A DNA stretch of 64,000 nucleotides. Origin: Trueperaceae bacterium (GTDB taxonomy: Bacteria > Deinococcota > Deinococci > Deinococcales > Trueperaceae). The translations under genes and the position numbers were made by a program. Location: the NCBI GenBank assembly GCA_035703635.1, contig DASSXV010000005.1:1-64000 (forward strand), in the 5' to 3' direction. Under the pieces are notes generated by a model. The model did no database searches, was not told the DNA's origin, and worked only from the letters and a program-made list of their open reading frames with translations. Positions 19,063 to 26,133 of this stretch are shown piece after piece; the stretch's first letter is position 1, and every line of letters begins with the position of its first letter.

Positions 19063-19769
19063 TGTTCCCGGCGGTTCACGGGATCGCAAGCCAAGGCAAC
19101 AAGGGCGGCGCGCCCAACCCGGTGGAGTTCGGCGTGCTCGGCGTCAGCAGCGCCGGGCACGATCCCGTCGGCAGCGACCACACGGTGCCCTTGCCCGAGG
19201 GGGAGGGCGGACTCTTGGTGGTGATAGCCAAGGGCGCCGGAGGCACTCAACTGCGGTGGAGCGCGCCGGGGGGCTGGACGACTGCGGCATCGGAAGGCGA
19301 CGGCTCCACCAACTGGCCGGTCGTCGTGTTCGCGCGCATGGTTGACGGCACCGAACCGGACATCCTCACGTTCAGCACGATGAACTCCCTGGGCACCGCA
19401 CCTACGGTGGCTGGCAGCGCGCTGGTCGCGTACCGGGTGGCGGGCGCGCACGGCGCCGTGGAGGCCGCCTTCTCGTCCGTCGCGAACCCCCCGGCCCTCA
19501 CGCCCTCCTGGGGCGCCGCAGAGATCCTGTGGATTGCCGCCTTCACCAGCCGCCTGAGCAACGGCACCTTCACCGCGCCGCCAGCGAACTACGGTGGCCT
19601 CACGCCCGCGAGGAGCCCGACCATAAGCGCGACCAACACGTACGCGCAGATGGCCACGGCGCACCGCCTCCACACCGCCGCCACCGAAGACCCCGGCACA
19701 TTCGCATTCACGGGCACCACCAACGGCCTCTTCACCGCCACCATTGCCGTGCGGGCCGCCGCGCCGTGA
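19062..19769 (+). CDS. Putative receptor-binding / tail beta-sandwich protein
   Basis: GTG overlaps the upstream TAG; GLLVVIA, APGGWT, ATIAVR; last tail gene. Confidence 0.65.
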   Translation: MFPAVHGIASQGNKGGAPNPVEFGVLGVSSAGHDPVGSDHTVPLPEGEGGLLVVIAKGAGGTQLRWSAPGGWTTAASEGDGSTNWPVVVFARMVDGTEPDILTFSTMNSLGTAPTVAGSALVAYRVAGAHGAVEAAFSSVANPPALTPSWGAAEILWIAAFTSRLSNGTFTAPPANYGGLTPARSPTISATNTYAQMATAHRLHTAATEDPGTFAFTGTTNGLFTATIAVRAAAP

Positions 19770-19772
19770 ACC

Positions 19773-20408
19773 CTAAGCGGAGCGCACCAATCGGTACTCG
19801 GGCGGCGCGCCCCTCGCGACCGGCACGCGCTCCACTAGGCCCGCATCCACCGCCCGTGCCGTCGCCATCAGCACCGCGCCGCGCGTCACTCGCAAGCGCT
19901 CCTCTAGTTCGGCGGCGGTGGCTGGTCCTTGCTGCAGGCCTCGGCAGAGGCGCGCTACGGCTGGCGGCAGGTTCTCGTATGGGTCGGGCTCATGCTCCGC
20001 CAGGTGCGTCTTGGCTGTCGCCGTGAGTCGCCAATCCCTGCCCGTCTGCGTGACCAACTCTGCGGCCTTGAGGGTCTTGAGGGCGGCGCTCACAGTCTCG
20101 GGCGCACGCCCGATTGTCTCGGCCAGTTCACCGCGCGTGGCCGCTCCGCCTCGCAGCGCCGTGAGCACGAGCCGCTCGGTGGGCGTCAGGCCAGGCACGT
20201 CAGGAGCAGCAGCGGTGGCCGCCCGCTCGACCTCACCGGGCGCGGGTGCTGGCGCGTCCTCGCGCCTCACGACGAGCGCCGAGCCGACAACCTCGACGAG
20301 GAGCGTGGCGTCCAGGTCGCCGTCAGGCAGGAGCGCCGCGAGCAGGTCGCGGTCCAACAACAAGACTCTGCTGTTGCCCAGCTTCTGCAGTTTCTTACGC
20401 ACCGTCAT
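19773..20408 (-). CDS. AbrB/MazE-type swapped-hairpin domain fused to two winged-HTH domains
   Basis: N-terminal RKKLQKLGNSRVLLL; LTPTERLVL..TRGELAETIGRAPETVSAALKTL; second TAAELEERLRVTRGAV..AGLVER. Start at ATG 20408 or GTG 20426. Confidence 0.75.
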   Translation of the reverse strand: MTVRKKLQKLGNSRVLLLDRDLLAALLPDGDLDATLLVEVVGSALVVRREDAPAPAPGEVERAATAAAPDVPGLTPTERLVLTALRGGAATRGELAETIGRAPETVSAALKTLKAAELVTQTGRDWRLTATAKTHLAEHEPDPYENLPPAVARLCRGLQQGPATAAELEERLRVTRGAVLMATARAVDAGLVERVPVARGAPPEYRLVRSA

Positions 20409-20430
20409 CTGACGGGATTCTGACACGCCA

Positions 20431-20446
20431 TGTGAGGAAAATCAGA
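20431..20446. promoter_or_regulatory. CRP/FNR-family-like box
   Basis: TGTGA-GGAAAA-TCAGA, one mismatch to TGTGA-N6-TCACA, in the divergent intergenic region. Confidence 0.4.
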
Positions 20447-20567
20447 GATTCGTAAGAGCCAGGTGAGTACGCTCCTCCTCAGCCGACCGGAATCCCGGCG
20501 GTGCACTACCAGGCGACCGGACATCATTCATACTTCATCCCGGGAGCCGAATCGGAAGGAGCGCATC

Positions 20568-20954
20568 ATGCGCAACCGTAAGACGCAGGGCTTCACCCTG
20601 ATCGAGCTGCTGATCGTCATCGCGATCATCGGCATCCTCGCCGCCGTACTCATCCCCAACCTCATGAGCGCCCGCCGCACCGCCGCCACCCGCGCCGCCG
20701 ACAGCTACGTTCGTAACGTCTACACGGCTGCGCAGGCCTACCTTGCGGAAAATGTCGCTGCTGACCCGGCGACCGACGCTGTTGTAAACGCGAGCTGCGA
20801 CGGCTCTTACACCGCCGTCAACTATGGCGCCACGGGCGGTTCGGCCAACATCCTCACCGGCTGCACTGTTGCTGGGACTTCGGGTGACATTGTCGTGGCC
20901 TTCACCTATGGTCCTGGAACAACGCAAAGCGGCACCGCTGCCACGTTCCCTTAA
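20568..20954 (+). CDS. pilA: Major type IV (IVa) pilin, Thermus PilA4/Deinococcus-like, prophage-encoded
   Basis: Class III signal MRNRKTQG|FTLIELLIVIAIIGILAAVLIPNL with Glu5; 128 aa; two Cys; GGAAGGAG RBS. Confidence 0.93.
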   Translation: MRNRKTQGFTLIELLIVIAIIGILAAVLIPNLMSARRTAATRAADSYVRNVYTAAQAYLAENVAADPATDAVVNASCDGSYTAVNYGATGGSANILTGCTVAGTSGDIVVAFTYGPGTTQSGTAATFP

Positions 20955-20980
20955 GCCGTAAGTTCCCTTCGTTTGATGTT

Positions 20981-21090
20981 GGCCGCCTTTCGGGGCGGCC
21001 TTCTCTTTGACGCACCAACCTAACGCCCCCGCCTCTCGGCGGGGTTTTTCTTTGCCTCACACGCCCCGCCCAGCGCGGGGCTTTTCGTTT
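20981..21090 (+). terminator. Three consecutive intrinsic terminators
   Basis: 20981-21008 (UUCG-loop stem + TTCTCTTT), 21027-21053 (CCCCGCC/GGCGGGG + TTTTTCTTT), 21063-21090 (GCCCCGC/GCGGGGC + TTTTCGTTT). Confidence 0.85.
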
Positions 21091-21099
21091 GGAGAGGAG

Positions 21100-21597
21100 T
21101 TGGTCAACCTGACGGTGAACGAGGCCATAGTCGAGGCGGCAGTAGCAGCCGCCAACGGGCGCATCACCACCCTGCCCACCAAGCCCGGGTACTGCCTGGC
21201 GTTCGTGCGGTGCATCATCGAGCGAGCACTCTGGTCAGGGCAGTGGCAACTCTACGACCGGTTCCTGGTGGCCGGCACGAGTCGCCGCGGCGACGACCCC
21301 GCCGTGAACCTGCGGGAAGCCAAGGAGGACCCCTGGGCCGCCGACTTCGAGGCGAGCGTCAAGCGGCTGGGGTGGGCGATTCCTAGTCTGCTGCGGAAGC
21401 CGGGCGATTTGGTGTTCGATCACCGCGCGGCGGCACCCATCGGGCACGTGGGAATCCTGCTCTCGCGTGGGTTGGTGATCGAGAACATTCACCCGACTTT
21501 TCGGCCGAAGAGCATCCACTTGGGGAACAGCATCAGCATCACGCCGTTTGATGCGCGGCCGTGGACGCTCGTGGCTCGAGTGCAGCCGGACAGGTGA
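21100..21597 (+). CDS. Endolysin candidate, NlpC/P60-CHAP-like Cys-His peptidase
   Basis: GYCLAFVR, KPGDLVF, GHVGILL; start uncertain (TTG 21100 or GTG 21115), GGAGAGGAG RBS. Confidence 0.75.
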   Translation: MVNLTVNEAIVEAAVAAANGRITTLPTKPGYCLAFVRCIIERALWSGQWQLYDRFLVAGTSRRGDDPAVNLREAKEDPWAADFEASVKRLGWAIPSLLRKPGDLVFDHRAAAPIGHVGILLSRGLVIENIHPTFRPKSIHLGNSISITPFDARPWTLVARVQPDR

Positions 21598-21966
21598 GCG
21601 CTCGTTGGACAGCGTACCTGCGGCGTCGCCTCATGCGGCGCATCCCCCGCAAACCCTAGCCCAACCTGTCAGGAATCCTTACGGGTTCCCCGCCCGAGAG
21701 GAGGTGAGACCGGGCTGAAGCGACAGCCGCACGCCAGAATCCTGGCTCCAGCATGAGCGCTTTTGAGGACGGCGCTCCCCCAGAGGATGCCCAGCGGGGG
21801 AGCGCCAACCACCACTGATTGGAGGACGCCTTGACCGCAGTCAGCACCTTGATCTCGTGAGAGAGGTGGTCCAGTCTCCCGGCGCTCGGGTCACAAGCGC
21901 ACCCGCACCAACAGAGCAACCCCGCCCCCGCGCAGACAGCCGGGGGCGTTCCCAATGGAGGTAAGC

Positions 21967-22329
21967 ATGACCAAGATCATCCCCCTACTGCTCGCCCTGC
22001 TCGCTAACGTCATCGGCTTGTCCGAAGACATGCGCGACCCCGCCACGTGGGTGCTCAGCACCGGCGCGCTCGGCGCAGTCGTGTGGGCCACCGTGCAGTT
22101 CCTCAGGGCCAGCATCCTCAAGCAACTCGACGGCGTCGCCGTCATCTTCGCTAGCATCGCTGTCGGCGCTGGTTTGTCTGTCGCCCTGGGCGCAGGCGGT
22201 TACGCGGGTGTCGGCAGCACGCTGGTTGAGTGGTTGGCGTTCGGCGTGTCTGCCGGGTTCGGCGCGACGCTCCTCGATCAGGGCGCGAAGGCACTCCCAA
22301 AGCCTGGGGCGGCGCACTTGGAGAGTTGA
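21967..22329 (+). CDS. Holin-like multi-TM protein
   Basis: Several hydrophobic segments; GGAGGT RBS; lysis-module position. Confidence 0.65.
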   Translation: MTKIIPLLLALLANVIGLSEDMRDPATWVLSTGALGAVVWATVQFLRASILKQLDGVAVIFASIAVGAGLSVALGAGGYAGVGSTLVEWLAFGVSAGFGATLLDQGAKALPKPGAAHLES

Positions 22330-22722
22330 GTGCGCCGCCTGCACCCGCTCCTCATCACGATTCTCGCGACGATGTCGCTCGCGAGCGCGCAAGACGTAGA
22401 CGCTAGTCCGTCGCCCCCGTTCAGTGTTCTGGCCGGTTCGAGTATCACGTGCTCGAGCACCTGGCCGAGTGCGGTCGTGGGCTGCTTCTGGGAGCGCCCA
22501 GTCCTGGTGCTCGGCGCTCTCGAGCTAGCCGTCGGCGTGGATGCCGAGGTCGTGCTTGGCGGCCAGCTCGACGGGCACCTAGCGCCCTATGTCGTCGCTG
22601 CTTACTACGCCGACACGTGGAGCGCCTGGACGGAGGTGCGCCTACCCGAACTGGGCGGCATCAAACCCATTGGCGATAGCAACTGGTTGAGAGCCGGGTT
22701 CACCCTGAGATTTCCACCTTAG
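22330..22722 (+). CDS. Secreted beta-rich protein, possible small outer-membrane barrel subunit
   Basis: Signal peptide (ASA|QD); amphipathic strands; C-terminal LRAGFTLRF. Confidence 0.6.
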   Translation: MRRLHPLLITILATMSLASAQDVDASPSPPFSVLAGSSITCSSTWPSAVVGCFWERPVLVLGALELAVGVDAEVVLGGQLDGHLAPYVVAAYYADTWSAWTEVRLPELGGIKPIGDSNWLRAGFTLRFPP

Positions 22723-22734
22723 AGAGGAGGAGTC

Positions 22735-22827
22735 ATGGAGCACTTTTCGTTGGTCTGGTTCATCCTCGGCGCTGCCGCCGGGGCCGTGTTGACGGCCGCG
22801 CTCGGCCGCCTACGCCCACCCCGCTAA
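22735..22827 (+). CDS. 30-aa single-TM peptide, absent from the ORF track
   Basis: GAGGAGGAG RBS; MEHFSLVWFILGAAAGAVLTAALGRLRPPR. Confidence 0.6.
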   Translation: MEHFSLVWFILGAAAGAVLTAALGRLRPPR

Positions 22828-22930
22828 CCGGGGTCCACAACCAGTCGCCGGTCGCAGACAAACCGGCCGGCGACGCTATCTGACGACTCTGCCCCAACCT
22901 ATCGGGGCGCACCATCTGAGGAGATGACCC

Positions 22931-23236
22931 GTGAAGAAGAAAACCGTCCTGTTGTTCGTCGCGCTCGTACTGACCGGCGCTCTCGCTCAAGACATTTCGA
23001 CCGGGTTGGAGACCCGCCTGAGCATCGTCGAGAACCGACTGGGGAGACTAGAAGCTGACGTGTCGAGGCTCTCGGACGTGCCGGTGAGCTTGGCCCGCAT
23101 CGAGCAGAAGCTCACGGCGCTCGCGGAGAAAGCTGACGGGCAGGGGAGTGTGCTGCAGACGGTCGGGCTCGGCATCATCATGAGCGTAGTTACGGGCGTC
23201 GTCAGCTTCGGGCTGGGGCGGAAGAGTCAGAAGTGA
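22931..23236 (+). CDS. Signal peptide + coiled coil + C-terminal TM protein (XhlA- or spanin-like topology)
   Basis: ALA|QD; heptads LETRLSIVENRLGRLEADV; TM followed by RKSQK; GAGGAG RBS. Confidence 0.7.
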   Translation: MKKKTVLLFVALVLTGALAQDISTGLETRLSIVENRLGRLEADVSRLSDVPVSLARIEQKLTALAEKADGQGSVLQTVGLGIIMSVVTGVVSFGLGRKSQK

Positions 23237-23259
23237 GCCCCCGCCGGTTGGGCGGGGGC
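23237..23259. terminator. Hairpin closing the late operon
   Basis: GCCCCCGCC/GGCGGGGGC 9-bp stem between convergent genes; no U-tract. Confidence 0.55.
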
Positions 23260-23343
23260 CCGTAGCAGGCCACGCAACGCTGGCAGCAGGTCCAGCATCA
23301 GTTGCAGCGCATCTCAGCCCTGCCGGAGTGAAGCTGGCCCTGG

Positions 23344-24009
23344 TCAGTAGATCGTCTGGGTGACGTCAGCGCCCTTGGCCATCTGCCGCCTGCGATAAAT
23401 CTCTGAGTCACGGGCTGGGCGGACGATTGAGGCGTTCGGCATCCACTTGACCGCATTACGTGCTGCCTGATTGCGGGCCACGTCAGCCGGATTGGCGCCA
23501 CCGATCACCGCGAAGAGGATAATCACAAACGCGTATCGCCCGAGGGTTTGCGTGAGATCGGCAGCCCCCTTCTTGAGGTTCGGGTAGCTCAGGATGCCTA
23601 GAACTACCGCCACCATCGTCAGCAGGAGGGTGAGCCAACCTACTACGTTGACCATGTGCAGGATCGATAGGTAGAGGAGCAACCACAATCCGTAGGTGAG
23701 GAAGATGCGGCGAAGCCGCCACCCTAGACCCTGTGCCAGGAGCACGGCCTCGGAGCGGTATAGCAGCATGGTCAGGACCGTTGCGAATATGAACACCGGC
23801 GCCATTATTGACGTTGCCGTTTGCTGCGTCACGTCGTGGATGCGAAAGTAATAAAGGCCAGCGAACAGCGTCGAAGCGACGAGCACCACAATAGTGACTG
23901 CCATCCACTTCGCGAAGTACAGGACGGTCCTCCACGCGCCCCCCATCAGGAGAGGCGCCACAAACGAGCTGCCGTACAAGAATCGATGCTTGTCACTCAC
24001 TGTCGCCAC
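23344..24009 (-). CDS. Multi-pass membrane protein (prophage moron)
   Basis: About 5-6 hydrophobic segments; GAGGAG RBS; AT-richer. Confidence 0.75.
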   Translation of the reverse strand: MATVSDKHRFLYGSSFVAPLLMGGAWRTVLYFAKWMAVTIVVLVASTLFAGLYYFRIHDVTQQTATSIMAPVFIFATVLTMLLYRSEAVLLAQGLGWRLRRIFLTYGLWLLLYLSILHMVNVVGWLTLLLTMVAVVLGILSYPNLKKGAADLTQTLGRYAFVIILFAVIGGANPADVARNQAARNAVKWMPNASIVRPARDSEIYRRRQMAKGADVTQTIY

Positions 24010-24409
24010 CTCCTCGATTCGGAGTGGGAACGAAGAGCCGCCAGGTAGTTATAGCAGCCAGTCTAGCAGTTGCCAGGAGCGCCACGGTTAACCAAGCAGC
24101 TGATCCCCAAAGACCACCCTCCACGATCAATCCTCGGACAATCCGACCGGCCAGGATGTCCCCGAGGCCACCAAACACTTGATCGATACCGTCGAAGGCC
24201 CAACTGGTCGCCGTTAGGACGGCATAAATGACGACGCCGGCGACCGCAGACTCGAGGATGTTCAACACGGCGCGCCATTGAGGTGCGGATGCGGCGACGG
24301 CGCCCACGGCCCATATGCGGGGCCCGATCCGAATCACGCGCTTGCCAATTACGACTGCTACGCGCAATTCACCATCTGGTTTATTCTTCCCGTCGTTCAT
24401 CGTGCTCAA
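23993..24409 (-). CDS. Membrane protein (prophage moron)
   Basis: 2-3 hydrophobic segments; overlaps the next gene; start at 24409 or ATG 24400. Confidence 0.55.
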   Translation of the reverse strand: MSTMNDGKNKPDGELRVAVVIGKRVIRIGPRIWAVGAVAASAPQWRAVLNILESAVAGVVIYAVLTATSWAFDGIDQVFGGLGDILAGRIVRGLIVEGGLWGSAAWLTVALLATARLAAITTWRLFVPTPNRGGGDSE

Positions 24410-24609
24410 CTTGCCCCCCGGATTGTGAGTTGGTGCATTGTCGGTCAGTGGTTATCACGAAGCTCTTACGAGAGGACTGGCGGCTCCGGACCGTCCCATA
24501 GCCCCGTGCGCCGGCGGTGGCGGGTTCCGAGTATTTGGGTCCGGACGGGCCAAGAGGACCCCCGGTGCAAGCTCGTGGAGGTGCTGCTGTAGCATGCGTC
24601 TTGGTACGT

Positions 24610-24629
24610 CCTGCTACCAACCTGCTACC
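24610..24629. repeat. CCTGCTACC direct repeat (11-bp period), candidate integrase arm-type sites
   Basis: Two copies about 60-80 bp from the tRNA 3' end, on the phage side. Confidence 0.5.
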
Positions 24630-24644
24630 GAGGGCCTGAATGTT

Positions 24645-24672
24645 GAACGGCGCCTCGTTAGAAGCGCCGTTC
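24645..24672 (-). terminator. Hairpin downstream of tRNA-Arg
   Basis: GAACGGCGC/GCGCCGTTC 9-bp stem. Confidence 0.5.
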
Positions 24673-24687
24673 CCGTCGTGCTTTTCT

Positions 24688-24764
<77 letters not shown>

Positions 24765-24787
24765 ATGTTGTCACGACCTTACGGTCG

Positions 24788-24881
<94 letters not shown>

Positions 24882-24901
24882 ACGATTGCCTAACCTTACC
24901 T

Positions 24902-24991
24902 TGGCGGAGGGTGAGGGATTCGAACCCCCGGACAGGTTGCCCCGTCTGCGGTTTTCAAGACCGCCGCCTTCAACCGCTCGGCCAACCCTCC
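24902..24991 (-). tRNA. tRNA-Ser(TGA)
   Basis: Long variable arm; GCGGTCT-TGA-AAACCGC; CCA end. Confidence 0.97.
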
Positions 24992-25104
24992 GGTCAACCT
25001 GCTACCAGCTTGAAGCTTGCGGCAGCTCCCTGTCAGCCCGTCCGAACCTACCACCACTCTCCCGTGAGTGTTGCGCAGGACCGTCCGTACGGTCAGCGTT
25101 GGCA

Positions 25105-25134
25105 AGTATACGCAGGGCCTCTCGGCGCTGTCAA
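25105..25134 (-). promoter_or_regulatory. Sigma-70 promoter of the tRNA operon
   Basis: TTGACA-18 nt-TATACT on the minus strand. Confidence 0.8.
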
Positions 25135-25215
25135 CGAACGTAGGCGTCATGGCTTAGGGGTTCTCTGCGGAGGCTCACTGGCTCGGCGCGTGGCCACCTA
25201 ACTCTCAGCCGTAAT

Positions 25216-25250
25216 AGCGTGGCGCCCAGCTCAGAGCCGGGCGCCACGCT
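25216..25250. terminator. Hairpin terminator
   Basis: AGCGTGGCGCCC/GGGCGCCACGCT 12-bp stem after the 25283 stop. Confidence 0.65.
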
Positions 25251-25282
25251 TGATCGTCAGACTAGCTTGGCCTTAGCGCCGG

Positions 25283-25798
25283 TCACATCGCCGAGCCTGG
25301 CGCGCCGCCGCCTGGATCGGTTTCGGCTATGCCTACACCGCTCCCTTGGGGCGTTACGAGGTACCAGTTGCCGCCTACGCCCTGGCCGCCTGTCGCGCCG
25401 GCTGCCGTGTCTGCTGCGTAGTAGTAGAGGGGCCAACCGTTATAAGTGAGCTGGTAGCTGCCGTCTTCGCGCTTTGCCACGCCGAGGAGCTTGGCGTCCA
25501 TGGGCGCCTCCACCTGAGGCAGGCTGTTCTCATCCGCAACTAGGACGGGTGGCCAGTTGATGATGCATTGGGCATCGCAGTTGCTCACGTTGGTGGTGTC
25601 GTTCAAGAACAGGTAGAGCGATCGACCAGAGGCGTCGGTGACGTGTGCGCCGAGGTCCGCTGCCGTTGCTACTTTTAGCTCGGTCGTGGCGGGGGCTGCT
25701 TGCGCCAGAACGAAGACGCCCACCAACAACCCGAGGAGGGCGATCCCTCCCGCTAATCGACGTGGCCTGCGACCTTGTTTCGCTTGTTTCGCACTCAT
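25283..25798 (-). CDS. Secreted COG4315 repeat protein (Yx(FWY)xxD motif)
   Basis: GRSLYLFLND..C..QC..NWPP, QLTYNGWPLYYYAAD..GQGVGGNW. Confidence 0.85.
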   Translation of the reverse strand: MSAKQAKQGRRPRRLAGGIALLGLLVGVFVLAQAAPATTELKVATAADLGAHVTDASGRSLYLFLNDTTNVSNCDAQCIINWPPVLVADENSLPQVEAPMDAKLLGVAKREDGSYQLTYNGWPLYYYAADTAAGATGGQGVGGNWYLVTPQGSGVGIAETDPGGGAPGSAM

Positions 25799-26133
25799 CA
25801 GGAACTCCCTTTCGCGTGCTTCACCTTGCCGCTAGCCCAACACTGTTCGTCCGCCACGGGAGCCATCGGCGTAGTTCGCAGCCGGGCACTGCTCGGACTC
25901 AACACGCTCCTTCCGGGTGGCGCGATGAACCACGCGCCTTAGCGCAGGTAGGCTCGGGCGCTCACCGCTTCCGCAAGGATGCAGCACCAGCGTGAGCGCG
26001 CGGATAGACCTGGATGAACTACCAACAGCCGCGCGTGCCACAGTGTTGAGTGCTGTCAGGGGGTAACCTGGCCTAGTCAGGCATACTGTAGGCTCTACCT
26101 CGCTGCTATGGCCTGGCAGAAGGGCGGTACCTC

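Larger units (their letters stand above)
1..24687 (+). mobile_element. Prophage, late half (siphovirus-like), truncated by the left window edge, adjoining the 3' end of tRNA-Arg(ACG)
   Basis: Canonical order terS-terL-portal-head-tail-tape measure-fibres-lysis on the + strand. Ends immediately beyond the tRNA CCA end, after which core genes resume. Confidence 0.95.

Noticed and set aside
15965-19769. Diversity-generating retroelement or invertible tail-fibre cassette
   Set aside because: No reverse transcriptase, invertase, TR/VR pair or flanking inverted repeats seen in the window.
20463-20567. 35-aa N-terminal extension of the pilin given by the ORF track
   Set aside because: The RBS and the short class III leader place the start at ATG 20568.
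21660-21955. tRNA, hammerhead ribozyme or group I intron in the lysis gap
   Set aside because: No T-loop GTTC motif, no CUGAUGA/GAAA core, and the flanking genes look uninterrupted; kept only as a generic structured region.
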